Assembly (NCBI RefSeq): GCF_964204645.1
Contig: NW_027437480.1
Coordinates: 1-53,062 of the forward strand
Length of the DNA: 53,062 bases
DNA from: Tubulanus polymorphus
Lineage: Eukaryota > Animalia > Nemertea
Reading direction: 5' to 3'
This document shows, piece by piece, positions 40,039 to 51,185 of this stretch (positions within the stretch are counted from its first letter, which is position 1; each line of letters begins with the position of its first letter). The position numbers and the translations under genes are program-made. The notes under the pieces are model-generated. The model had not been told where the DNA came from. It saw nothing but the letters and a program-made list of their open reading frames with translations, and did no database searches.

Positions 40039-42377
40039 GTGCAGGAATCATGCTGAACTAGGATTAGACACGGGTTTTTATACACGCAGCGCGCAACAAG
40101 TGAACAGTATTCGAGTTAGAAGTTAAGTGACCATATGAGACCTTGTGATCTAGACTAATTGTACTTCTGTGATCAAGCTAATAGACAAACTAGGGGTCTG
40201 ACTAATTATGCCTTTGATCCAGAGTGACTAGAAAACAGCACTAATTATAGCCCTTGATCTAGCTGTTGAATAGTTTGCTTTGATGTATAGTTCTAAAGAT
40301 CTAAAGAGCGGCGTGTCTAATATAGAATTGAAAAGTTTATTTCGATATAACCTAATAAATACTCAAAGTGTTTTCTATAAAGAGAAATCTAGAATATGTA
40401 TTATTAATATACGTGAACCGGAATGTTCGAAATATGTCCGAGTTCAGTTTCAAAATTGCTTAATTCCTAATTAGTTTAGACGCGTTAATTAGCGGTGCGC
40501 GGCCGAGGCGTATTCCGATATACGCGTGTTTACTAGATAGTCGTAAATGGTGAAATCCGGTTCTTAGTTAATCGAGTTTTCTCCGTATTCTAAAGCTTTT
40601 AAGAGCGGATTTTGAAATATCTACGCGGTATTCTACCGAAAATTGGATGAATTAGACAGCGCGGCGTCGGCGATTTAGTAGGAAGTTATAACCCGTAAGA
40701 TCTAAATTACTGAGTGAGCGCGGGTGGTTAATTAGCCCTAATTATGGGTGACGAGTTTTGATAGAAATGTCTTACTAATACGTCTGTTTTAATTCTACGT
40801 TCTTAAATATAATTCTATTAGATAAACTACGCTTATTTAGAGTTATTAGGATCGAGTAAAGCTATGTGAACTTAAACATGTCACAAATATATTCAGACCG
40901 GAGCGCGGGTATTCAGTCAATCGGTTTAAGCTTGCGTAGTTTGAGTGGTTCAAAAACACTATGATCTCTTCTTTAATCCGAAGGTTGAAATATATACGTG
41001 ATATAAAACTCTTTTTGAATCGGGAATATTGGGCTGTGTTCTTTGAAAAAAACTGATGAGTTTGAAGGCGTCGTAACTGCGATTTTGTATAGAATTGAGT
41101 CGGATAATTAGTCAAGAGGCGCAGGTGGCCGATCGGTCACTAATTATGAGTGACTTGTAAACAGTGATTGATGTCCGTGGACTATTATTTATCCTATAAA
41201 CTTCTTATACTTCTACAACCTATAGTGCGGTTTTTGAATATAGCTACTAATACTTTTGAGCGATCTCATTAGAATTGTTATCCGAAAATAAACTGTCTGT
41301 TTTAGAGAAATTTGAAACTTGACACCCGGATCTATATAGAGTATGTTCCAAGAGTTGGCGCGTAGATACGATAATAGTTAATTAGGACGTAGCGGGTTAG
41401 GTCCCCGACCGAACGTAATAGATTAAACGGAGGTTAATTAGGGTGCCGCGGGTTCGAGTCCCGACCAGGCGCCGTTTAGTAATTGAATAGTTCTATTCTA
41501 AATGTTTTTTACCTATTCTGGATTCCTTTTAATTCTGAATCTTTGACGGATACAATAGTACTTTTCAGATGTTTCTACGATATAATCTTAGTGCCGACGC
41601 ATATTTTCAAAATAAATAAGAGCGGTGGACTGGTTACCGGTATCTAACGCGGGGCACCGGCAACCCGTCAGTACTAGCGGTTAATTTCGGAGCGGCGGGT
41701 ACGGTTCCCGAGTATTCTCCGGAGCTTAATTCGGGTGCCGCGGGTTCGAGTCCCGATCAGGCGCGCCGTTTTAGTAATTGAGTATATTCTTACCTATTCT
41801 AGATTCCCTTTCTTTCTAAATTTATAATAGATTAATTAATACTTTTCGGGTGTTTCTATGATATAATCTCAGTGCTGACGCATATTTTCGAAATAGATAA
41901 TAGCGGTGGACTGGTTACCGGTTTCTATCGTCCTGGGACAGGCAACCAGTCTGTACTAGCGGTTAGGGTTCGGTTCCCGATATCGCGCTTTTGTTTATTT
42001 TTCTAACTGTTTCTGATATTTGATCTGTCTTCTTACTTACTGAATTTCGATTGAGTTTTCAAAGTAAAGCAGAGAGAACTAATTAAAAGATAAAAGGTTA
42101 ATGATTCCTGTGGAGCTTGTGATCTTGGAGTTTGTTTTGTACTCTGTCTCTGAGCGGGTTTCTGCTTCAGGCGACGGAGGATGATTCTGCAAATAGATTG
42201 ATGATTAATAATTAATCAGTTAAGATAATTTACGAGGGAAACCTGGCACGGGCTAAGGTTAGGTTTAGAGATAGAGGTTAGGGGACCAAACCGAAGGTTT
42301 GGAGACCCCACTAGTGCACGGGCAGCGGGTTATCCCTGTAAAAAAGTAGTGAGAGTTAATTGTTGTAGTGAGGCGGT

Positions 42378-44843
42378 CTACGGGACGTTCATGCCTCGGG
42401 GCGTGTTCGTGTCGAGTCGTCGTATCCAGTCTTGTTCGGCTGCTTCGCGGATCGGTCTCGTGGAGCCTGGTAGGTGTTGGAGACCGTACACCCGAAAGTG
42501 TTCGCGGGTGTGGTCGACTTGGTTGAAGTGGTCCGAGACTGGAGTCGAATTCTTCGTTCTGATGCGTGAGACGTGATGAGTGACGCGTTCTCGTAGAGAC
42601 ATTCCGGTTTGGCCGACGTACAGCATGTTGCACTTGGTGCATTCGATGCAGTATACAATTTCACGGGTCGCGCAATTAATTGTGCTGCGGATCGCGTGCA
42701 TTTTGTTGTGGCTGCGGCAAACGGTTGTTTCTCGGACGAGTGGACACGTACGACATCTCGGTGTTCTGCATTTCTCGGTGCCTCGACGTCGGGTTGACGG
42801 AGTTCTTTGAGTAGACCTGGAAATAGAAGAATTGGAAACAACGGAAGTATTTCTGTTACGATGCGGTGAAGAGGGGACTCGGGGAGGGGGTGGCTCCGTG
42901 GGTTTGAGCTGCGACGAAGTTAGGAGATCTTTGAGACTCTTGTGCTTGGTGTAGGCGGTGACCGTGGTTACCTCGTCCGACCGGCCGGTGGCCGTAGCCA
43001 GTTCCGTAAATCTGGTTCGGATGTTACGGGCTAGGGTTCGGTTGGCTTCGGAGTGAGGTAAGATAAGCGGTAAACGCTTTTTCGGCGGTTCGTCGGCCCG
43101 TTGTTGTTCTCGTAGATCTCGTTCGGCGTGGTGCCGTAGAGCTTGACTTTTGATGTGTCGCAGTTCGCGGTCTTTGTAGCCACGACCTCTGAGTACTTTA
43201 AGGACGGTTCCGGACGCTGCGTGTAAGTCCGAATCGTTATTGCAGATGCGCCGGAACCGGAGAATTTGACTTTTAACTATACCGGAAAATGTGTGTTTAG
43301 GGTGAAACGAGGATCGATGTAGTAATTGATGCGAATCGGTTGGTTTGAAGTAGACTTTGGTGTCTACTGTGCCACTTGTCTCGAATCGCGGGCCTTTGAA
43401 AGTGGTTACGTCCAGGAAGTTGACGCTGGTGTCGCTGATTTCGAACTTGAGTTTGATGGATCGGCTCACTGTTTGTAGGACGTCGATGAATTGCATCAAC
43501 GTTTCGCGGCCGTGTTCCCAAACTATGTAGATGTCGTCGATGAACCGAGCGTATAGCGATGGTTGGAGTTCGCTTCTGGACAGACCTTCTTTTTCCCATT
43601 CGGCTACAAAGATATTGGCATAAGAAGGAGCAAAACGCTTACCCATTGCGGTACCTTTTACCTGTAAATATGTGTTTTCGTTAAAGTTAAAGTCATTTTT
43701 CTTCAGGCTGATTTCGAGTAGTTTCAGCAGCTCGGCATCCGGGCGTCCCGGGTTCGGGTTATCTCGGAGAGCTTGTCGGATGCTGGCGATACCCTCTTCG
43801 TGGGGGATGTTGGTGTAGAGCGAATCGATGTCCATGGTGACGAGTAACGCATCGGCGCTAAATTGTTTACCGGCCAAAATATCTAGAAAGTGGTTGGTAT
43901 CTTTGACGTACGACGGGTGACCGCGGGCGATCGGCTGCAAATAGTAGTCGATCCATTCCGAAATTTCGTAGGTTTCGGAGCCGCAGTCGGAGACGATCGG
44001 TCTCCCCGGCGGTACGCGATCGGGTACCGTCCACTTCTCGCGTTCTTTATGGATTTTGGGAAGCAGATAGAACTGCCTCTGTTTCGGATTATCGGGCGGT
44101 AATAGATATTCGGCGGTTTTTAGCGGGATGATTTTTCGTCGAGCCATATTTTCGATGATTTCGCGAATTTCTTCCCCGGTCTGTTCGAAGATCGGTTGCT
44201 GCAGCGGCTGATAATACTCGAGATCGGCTAGTTGGCGCATGGCTTCGAGGACGTAGTCGTCGCGGTCCATGATAACCGTAGCGGAACCCTTATCGGCGGC
44301 TTTGATGACAATATTAGTGTTGTCACGCAGCTGCTGGAGGGCTTCGCGTTCCTGTTTAGTGAGGTTATCATTTACGCGACGCGTATCCCTGGTTTGTTGA
44401 GCCAATTCGTGCGCGTCGTTGCAGAACCCGGCGATTACTGGTTCTATTTCATCCGGAGCCCAACTGCTGGGCAGACGGAAACGCGGAGCCTCGCGGTCCG
44501 GTTTGTCTCGGAAGTGATGGTCGAGTTTCACTAGCCGGTTGAATCGGCACACTCCCTTGGTGCGCTCGGTCGCGGCGGCATCAGAACCGATTTTTGGAGT
44601 CGGGCAATAAGTGAGGCCCTTTCGGAGTAGCTGATGTTGCGCCGGACTTAGGCGGAGTGAACGTGTGAGGTTGACCACCGGGCTCCCGAGAGCGGTGACC
44701 GGATCGCGTCGCGCTTGGTTTGGTGCCGGTTCTTCGTGTTCGTCGGACCTGGAAACGGAAGAAATCAGAGAAGCATTGGTTAATTCCGGTTGATTTAACT
44801 CACCAATAGTGGACCCGTTGGTCTCACTAATACTTAGTTTAAA
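42378..44843 (-). CDS. PLE ORF2 RT-GIY-YIG (unit 4)
   Basis: Intact. Confidence 0.95.
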   Translation of the reverse strand, partial: FKLSISETNGSTIGELNQPELTNASLISSVSRSDEHEEPAPNQARRDPVTALGSPVVNLTRSLRLSPAQHQLLRKGLTYCPTPKIGSDAAATERTKGVCRFNRLVKLDHHFRDKPDREAPRFRLPSSWAPDEIEPVIAGFCNDAHELAQQTRDTRRVNDNLTKQEREALQQLRDNTNIVIKAADKGSATVIMDRDDYVLEAMRQLADLEYYQPLQQPIFEQTGEEIREIIENMARRKIIPLKTAEYLLPPDNPKQRQFYLLPKIHKEREKWTVPDRVPPGRPIVSDCGSETYEISEWIDYYLQPIARGHPSYVKDTNHFLDILAGKQFSADALLVTMDIDSLYTNIPHEEGIASIRQALRDNPNPGRPDAELLKLLEISLKKNDFNFNENTYLQVKGTAMGKRFAPSYANIFVAEWEKEGLSRSELQPSLYARFIDDIYIVWEHGRETLMQFIDVLQTVSRSIKLKFEISDTSVNFLDVTTFKGPRFETSGTVDTKVYFKPTDSHQLLHRSSFHPKHTFSGIVKSQILRFRRICNNDSDLHAASGTVLKVLRGRGYKDRELRHIKSQALRHHAERDLREQQRADEPPKKRLPLILPHSEANRTLARNIRTRFTELATATGRSDEVTTVTAYTKHKSLKDLLTSSQLKPTEPPPPRVPSSPHRNRNTSVVSNSSISRSTQRTPSTRRRGTEKCRTPRCRTCPLVRETTVCRSHNKMHAIRSTINCATREIVYCIECTKCNMLYVGQTGMSLRERVTHHVSRIRTKNSTPVSDHFNQVDHTREHFRVYGLQHLPGSTRPIREAAEQDWIRRLDTNTPRGMNVP

Positions 44844-46342
44844 CCACTGAGCCAGTGGTCCAGCAGGGTGTTAGCTGTACCACGGTTCCAGTGGATCCCG
44901 TCTCCAACAACTCTGAAGCGTCGATCATCGATGGGTGGTATCGCGGTGACGTCGTCGTTATTCTCGAGGAATTCGTTGAACTTCCGGGCGAACTGCTGGT
45001 GTTCGCGGGTCGTGTTGAGTTGAACGAAGTGGACGAACGAGTGCTGATACTTCTTGACTGCGGCGTTGATCAGGCGCTGTGTGGTCTTCCTGGCGGTCGC
45101 TTCGAAGTTGTTGTCGCGGTTGTTGATTCCGACGCTGATGATCACCGTATCCGGGCGATCTCGGCGCTCCGGTACAGCATCGATCAGGTCGGCGAGATGA
45201 GCTATCTTGCAGCCGGGGAAGCTCTCGATCTGGACGTCATCCGGACGGCGGCTTGATGTGATGTTACTCAGATTTGAGTCACCAATCACCAGAATGGGTC
45301 GCCGGGTTGGTGGCAGACTCCAATCCTGTTTCTTCCGACCCGTATTCGGATGACGGCGAACTTCCTGGGGCGCCATCGGTCTCGGTGTTGGCGTCGGACT
45401 TCGCGCTGGCAGTAGGCGCCCTGGTGACCTGTAATGAGACGGAGAGCTGGAAAGAGAAGAAGAGAGAGACGGCGTCGGACTGCTGGTTGGTGCGGTCGGC
45501 GTTCTCTGCGGCGGCGGCGGCGTCGGGTTTCGAGGCGGCGGCGTCGGACTTCTCGGTGGCGTCGGACTTCTTGGTGGCGGCGGCGGCGTCGGCATCGGAC
45601 TTCTCGGTGGTGGCGCCATTCTGGTTGGTGGCGTCCTGGTGACATCCGCGTAGCTTCTCGGTGACCTGGAATCAGAAAAAGAAGGAGGCGCTGTGGGCGC
45701 GGCGGGCGCGGCTGCGGTTGGTGCAGGCGTCCTCGGCGTCGCGGGCTTTCGAATCTTCCGGCTCGGTCTCGGCGGCGGACGAATCTTCGGCTCCGTGGGT
45801 GCCTCCTGGTGGTGTGACCTGAAATGAGAAGGGGAAGAAGGTGGGTTAGATAGGACATTTCTGAGTTTGTCAGACAGAGCCTGACCGCGGAATTTCGACC
45901 GCAAATCCAGCGCGATGTTGAAAAGCCGGATCGTTCCGGGGCTCAGACGGGAGCCGAAATTCCTCCGGGCCCATGTCAGGGCGACATCCTGTGCTGATAG
46001 ACAGTCCGGCAGAGGATCACCCATTAGCTCAACAAATGTGGCAGCGTAATGGATGGTCAGCTCTTTCGAAACTGTCTCCATCCAGACGTCCGCGGCAGCG
46101 TGCAGCTGCACCGTTACTGCTTCGGTGCAAGCCGCCGGCCGCAGGAACATCTTCAGATGGTCCTTCTTCCTCCGAATCGCTTTCGGACCAGAGCTCAACT
46201 GGGCAAGGTGGTGCGCCACTTGAAGAGCTCTATAATAGGTTTTCGGCGACATCCCGGGTTGCTGGTGTCGCTCAGGGCGTCCTCCGCCCTTGCTGGTCTT
46301 CTCAGCTGGTGGTCGTTTCTTCTTTCGAGTAGATCGCTCCAT
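44834..46342 (-). CDS. PLE ORF1 with SGNH hydrolase (unit 4)
   Basis: Intact. Confidence 0.88.
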   Translation of the reverse strand: MERSTRKKKRPPAEKTSKGGGRPERHQQPGMSPKTYYRALQVAHHLAQLSSGPKAIRRKKDHLKMFLRPAACTEAVTVQLHAAADVWMETVSKELTIHYAATFVELMGDPLPDCLSAQDVALTWARRNFGSRLSPGTIRLFNIALDLRSKFRGQALSDKLRNVLSNPPSSPSHFRSHHQEAPTEPKIRPPPRPSRKIRKPATPRTPAPTAAAPAAPTAPPSFSDSRSPRSYADVTRTPPTRMAPPPRSPMPTPPPPPRSPTPPRSPTPPPRNPTPPPPQRTPTAPTSSPTPSLSSSLSSSPSHYRSPGRLLPARSPTPTPRPMAPQEVRRHPNTGRKKQDWSLPPTRRPILVIGDSNLSNITSSRRPDDVQIESFPGCKIAHLADLIDAVPERRDRPDTVIISVGINNRDNNFEATARKTTQRLINAAVKKYQHSFVHFVQLNTTREHQQFARKFNEFLENNDDVTAIPPIDDRRFRVVGDGIHWNRGTANTLLDHWLSGLN

Positions 46343-46380
46343 TGACAGATATTTCGGCGAGGTTGCCTTCGTCAGTGTCA
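46343..46380 (-). ncRNA. Minimal hammerhead ribozyme (unit 4)
   Basis: Same sequence as unit 1. Confidence 0.8.
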
Positions 46381-48719
46381 GTGCAGGAATCATGCTGAAC
46401 TAGGATTAGACACGGGTTTTTATACACGCAGCGCGCAACAAGTGAACAGTATTCGAGTTAGAAGTTAAGTGACCATATGAGACCTTGTGATCTAGACTAA
46501 TTGTACTTCTGTGATCAAGCTAATAGACAAACTAGGGGTCTGACTAATTATGCCTTTGATCCAGAGTGACTAGAAAACAGCACTAATTATAGCCCTTGAT
46601 CTAGCTGTTGAATAGTTTGCTTTGATGTATAGTTCTAAAGATCTAAAGAGCGGCGTGTCTAATATAGAATTGAAAAGTTTATTTCGATATAACCTAATAA
46701 ATACTCAAAGTGTTTTCTATAAAGAGAAATCTAGAATATGTATTATTAATATACGTGAACCGGAATGTTCGAAATATGTCCGAGTTCAGTTTCAAAATTG
46801 CTTAATTCCTAATTAGTTTAGACGCGTTAATTAGCGGTGCGCGGCCGAGGCGTATTCCGATATACGCGTGTTTACTAGATAGTCGTAAATGGTGAAATCC
46901 GGTTCTTAGTTAATCGAGTTTTCTCCGTATTCTAAAGCTTTTAAGAGCGGATTTTGAAATATCTACGCGGTATTCTACCGAAAATTGGATGAATTAGACA
47001 GCGCGGCGTCGGCGATTTAGTAGGAAGTTATAACCCGTAAGATCTAAATTACTGAGTGAGCGCGGGTGGTTAATTAGCCCTAATTATGGGTGACGAGTTT
47101 TGATAGAAATGTCTTACTAATACGTCTGTTTTAATTCTACGTTCTTAAATATAATTCTATTAGATAAACTACGCTTATTTAGAGTTATTAGGATCGAGTA
47201 AAGCTATGTGAACTTAAACATGTCACAAATATATTCAGACCGGAGCGCGGGTATTCAGTCAATCGGTTTAAGCTTGCGTAGTTTGAGTGGTTCAAAAACA
47301 CTATGATCTCTTCTTTAATCCGAAGGTTGAAATATATACGTGATATAAAACTCTTTTTGAATCGGGAATATTGGGCTGTGTTCTTTGAAAAAAACTGATG
47401 AGTTTGAAGGCGTCGTAACTGCGATTTTGTATAGAATTGAGTCGGATAATTAGTCAAGAGGCGCAGGTGGCCGATCGGTCACTAATTATGAGTGACTTGT
47501 AAACAGTGATTGATGTCCGTGGACTATTATTTATCCTATAAACTTCTTATACTTCTACAACCTATAGTGCGGTTTTTGAATATAGCTACTAATACTTTTG
47601 AGCGATCTCATTAGAATTGTTATCCGAAAATAAACTGTCTGTTTTAGAGAAATTTGAAACTTGACACCCGGATCTATATAGAGTATGTTCCAAGAGTTGG
47701 CGCGTAGATACGATAATAGTTAATTAGGACGTAGCGGGTTAGGTCCCCGACCGAACGTAATAGATTAAACGGAGGTTAATTAGGGTGCCGCGGGTTCGAG
47801 TCCCGACCAGGCGCCGTTTAGTAATTGAATAGTTCTATTCTAAATGTTTTTTACCTATTCTGGATTCCTTTTAATTCTGAATCTTTGACGGATACAATAG
47901 TACTTTTCAGATGTTTCTACGATATAATCTTAGTGCCGACGCATATTTTCAAAATAAATAAGAGCGGTGGACTGGTTACCGGTATCTAACGCGGGGCACC
48001 GGCAACCCGTCAGTACTAGCGGTTAATTTCGGAGCGGCGGGTACGGTTCCCGAGTATTCTCCGGAGCTTAATTCGGGTGCCGCGGGTTCGAGTCCCGATC
48101 AGGCGCGCCGTTTTAGTAATTGAGTATATTCTTACCTATTCTAGATTCCCTTTCTTTCTAAATTTATAATAGATTAATTAATACTTTTCGGGTGTTTCTA
48201 TGATATAATCTCAGTGCTGACGCATATTTTCGAAATAGATAATAGCGGTGGACTGGTTACCGGTTTCTATCGTCCTGGGACAGGCAACCAGTCTGTACTA
48301 GCGGTTAGGGTTCGGTTCCCGATATCGCGCTTTTGTTTATTTTTCTAACTGTTTCTGATATTTGATCTGTCTTCTTACTTACTGAATTTCGATTGAGTTT
48401 TCAAAGTAAAGCAGAGAGAACTAATTAAAAGATAAAAGGTTAATGATTCCTGTGGAGCTTGTGATCTTGGAGTTTGTTTTGTACTCTGTCTCTGAGCGGG
48501 TTTCTGCTTCAGGCGACGGAGGATGATTCTGCAAATAGATTGATGATTAATAATTAATCAGTTAAGATAATTTACGAGGGAAACCTGGCACGGGCTAAGG
48601 TTAGGTTTAGAGATAGAGGTTAGGGGACCAAACCGAAGGTTTGGAGACCCCACTAGTGCACGGGCAGCGGGTTATCCCTGTAAAAAAGTAGTGAGAGTTA
48701 ATTGTTGTAGTGAGGCGGT

Positions 48720-51185
48720 CTACGGGACGTTCATGCCTCGGGGCGTGTTCGTGTCGAGTCGTCGTATCCAGTCTTGTTCGGCTGCTTCGCGGATCGGTCT
48801 CGTGGAGCCTGGTAGGTGTTGGAGACCGTACACCCGAAAGTGTTCGCGGGTGTGGTCGACTTGGTTGAAGTGGTCCGAGACTGGAGTCGAATTCTTCGTT
48901 CTGATGCGTGAGACGTGATGAGTGACGCGTTCTCGTAGAGACATTCCGGTTTGGCCGACGTACAGCATGTTGCACTTGGTGCATTCGATGCAGTATACAA
49001 TTTCACGGGTCGCGCAATTAATTGTGCTGCGGATCGCGTGCATTTTGTTGTGGCTGCGGCAAACGGTTGTTTCTCGGACGAGTGGACACGTACGACATCT
49101 CGGTGTTCTGCATTTCTCGGTGCCTCGACGTCGGGTTGACGGAGTTCTTTGAGTAGACCTGGAAATAGAAGAATTGGAAACAACGGAAGTATTTCTGTTA
49201 CGATGCGGTGAAGAGGGGACTCGGGGAGGGGGTGGCTCCGTGGGTTTGAGCTGCGACGAAGTTAGGAGATCTTTGAGACTCTTGTGCTTGGTGTAGGCGG
49301 TGACCGTGGTTACCTCGTCCGACCGGCCGGTGGCCGTAGCCAGTTCCGTAAATCTGGTTCGGATGTTACGGGCTAGGGTTCGGTTGGCTTCGGAGTGAGG
49401 TAAGATAAGCGGTAAACGCTTTTTCGGCGGTTCGTCGGCCCGTTGTTGTTCTCGTAGATCTCGTTCGGCGTGGTGCCGTAGAGCTTGACTTTTGATGTGT
49501 CGCAGTTCGCGGTCTTTGTAGCCACGACCTCTGAGTACTTTAAGGACGGTTCCGGACGCTGCGTGTAAGTCCGAATCGTTATTGCAGATGCGCCGGAACC
49601 GGAGAATTTGACTTTTAACTATACCGGAAAATGTGTGTTTAGGGTGAAACGAGGATCGATGTAGTAATTGATGCGAATCGGTTGGTTTGAAGTAGACTTT
49701 GGTGTCTACTGTGCCACTTGTCTCGAATCGCGGGCCTTTGAAAGTGGTTACGTCCAGGAAGTTGACGCTGGTGTCGCTGATTTCGAACTTGAGTTTGATG
49801 GATCGGCTCACTGTTTGTAGGACGTCGATGAATTGCATCAACGTTTCGCGGCCGTGTTCCCAAACTATGTAGATGTCGTCGATGAACCGAGCGTATAGCG
49901 ATGGTTGGAGTTCGCTTCTGGACAGACCTTCTTTTTCCCATTCGGCTACAAAGATATTGGCATAAGAAGGAGCAAAACGCTTACCCATTGCGGTACCTTT
50001 TACCTGTAAATATGTGTTTTCGTTAAAGTTAAAGTCATTTTTCTTCAGGCTGATTTCGAGTAGTTTCAGCAGCTCGGCATCCGGGCGTCCCGGGTTCGGG
50101 TTATCTCGGAGAGCTTGTCGGATGCTGGCGATACCCTCTTCGTGGGGGATGTTGGTGTAGAGCGAATCGATGTCCATGGTGACGAGTAACGCATCGGCGC
50201 TAAATTGTTTACCGGCCAAAATATCTAGAAAGTGGTTGGTATCTTTGACGTACGACGGGTGACCGCGGGCGATCGGCTGCAAATAGTAGTCGATCCATTC
50301 CGAAATTTCGTAGGTTTCGGAGCCGCAGTCGGAGACGATCGGTCTCCCCGGCGGTACGCGATCGGGTACCGTCCACTTCTCGCGTTCTTTATGGATTTTG
50401 GGAAGCAGATAGAACTGCCTCTGTTTCGGATTATCGGGCGGTAATAGATATTCGGCGGTTTTTAGCGGGATGATTTTTCGTCGAGCCATATTTTCGATGA
50501 TTTCGCGAATTTCTTCCCCGGTCTGTTCGAAGATCGGTTGCTGCAGCGGCTGATAATACTCGAGATCGGCTAGTTGGCGCATGGCTTCGTGGACGTAGTC
50601 GTCGCGGTCCATGATAACCGTAGCGGAACCCTTATCGGCGGCTTTGATGACAATATTAGTGTTGTCACGCAGCTGCTGGAGGGCTTCGCGTTCCTGTTTA
50701 GTGAGGTTATCATTTACGCGACGCGTATCCCTGGTTTGTTGAGCCAATTCGTGCGCGTCGTTGCAGAACCCGGCGATTACTGGTTCTATTTCATCCGGAG
50801 CCCAACTGCTGGGCAGACGGAAACGCGGAGCCTCGCGGTCCGGTTTGTCTCGGAAGTGATGGTCGAGTTTCACTAGCCGGTTGAATCGGCACACTCCCTT
50901 GGTGCGCTCGGTCGCGGCGGCATCAGAACCGATTTTTGGAGTCGGGCAATAAGTGAGGCCCTTTCGGAGTAGCTGATGTTGCGCCGGACTTAGGCGGAGT
51001 GAACGTGTGAGGTTGACCACCGGGCTCCCGAGAGCGGTGACCGGATCGCGTCGCGCTTGGTTTGGTGCCGGTTCTTCGTGTTCGTCGGACCTGGAAATGG
51101 AAGAAATCAGAGAAGCATTGGTTAATTCCGGTTGATTTAACTCACCAATAGTGGACCCGTTGGTCTCACTAATACTTAGTTTAAA
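48720..51185 (-). CDS. PLE ORF2 RT-GIY-YIG (unit 5)
   Basis: Intact. Confidence 0.95.
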   Translation of the reverse strand, partial: FKLSISETNGSTIGELNQPELTNASLISSISRSDEHEEPAPNQARRDPVTALGSPVVNLTRSLRLSPAQHQLLRKGLTYCPTPKIGSDAAATERTKGVCRFNRLVKLDHHFRDKPDREAPRFRLPSSWAPDEIEPVIAGFCNDAHELAQQTRDTRRVNDNLTKQEREALQQLRDNTNIVIKAADKGSATVIMDRDDYVHEAMRQLADLEYYQPLQQPIFEQTGEEIREIIENMARRKIIPLKTAEYLLPPDNPKQRQFYLLPKIHKEREKWTVPDRVPPGRPIVSDCGSETYEISEWIDYYLQPIARGHPSYVKDTNHFLDILAGKQFSADALLVTMDIDSLYTNIPHEEGIASIRQALRDNPNPGRPDAELLKLLEISLKKNDFNFNENTYLQVKGTAMGKRFAPSYANIFVAEWEKEGLSRSELQPSLYARFIDDIYIVWEHGRETLMQFIDVLQTVSRSIKLKFEISDTSVNFLDVTTFKGPRFETSGTVDTKVYFKPTDSHQLLHRSSFHPKHTFSGIVKSQILRFRRICNNDSDLHAASGTVLKVLRGRGYKDRELRHIKSQALRHHAERDLREQQRADEPPKKRLPLILPHSEANRTLARNIRTRFTELATATGRSDEVTTVTAYTKHKSLKDLLTSSQLKPTEPPPPRVPSSPHRNRNTSVVSNSSISRSTQRTPSTRRRGTEKCRTPRCRTCPLVRETTVCRSHNKMHAIRSTINCATREIVYCIECTKCNMLYVGQTGMSLRERVTHHVSRIRTKNSTPVSDHFNQVDHTREHFRVYGLQHLPGSTRPIREAAEQDWIRRLDTNTPRGMNVP

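Larger units (their letters stand above)
35915..42256 (-). mobile_element. PLE unit 3, 6342 bp
   Basis: Translations identical to unit 2. Confidence 0.95.
42257..48598 (-). mobile_element. PLE unit 4, 6342 bp
   Basis: Translations identical to units 2-3. Confidence 0.95.
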
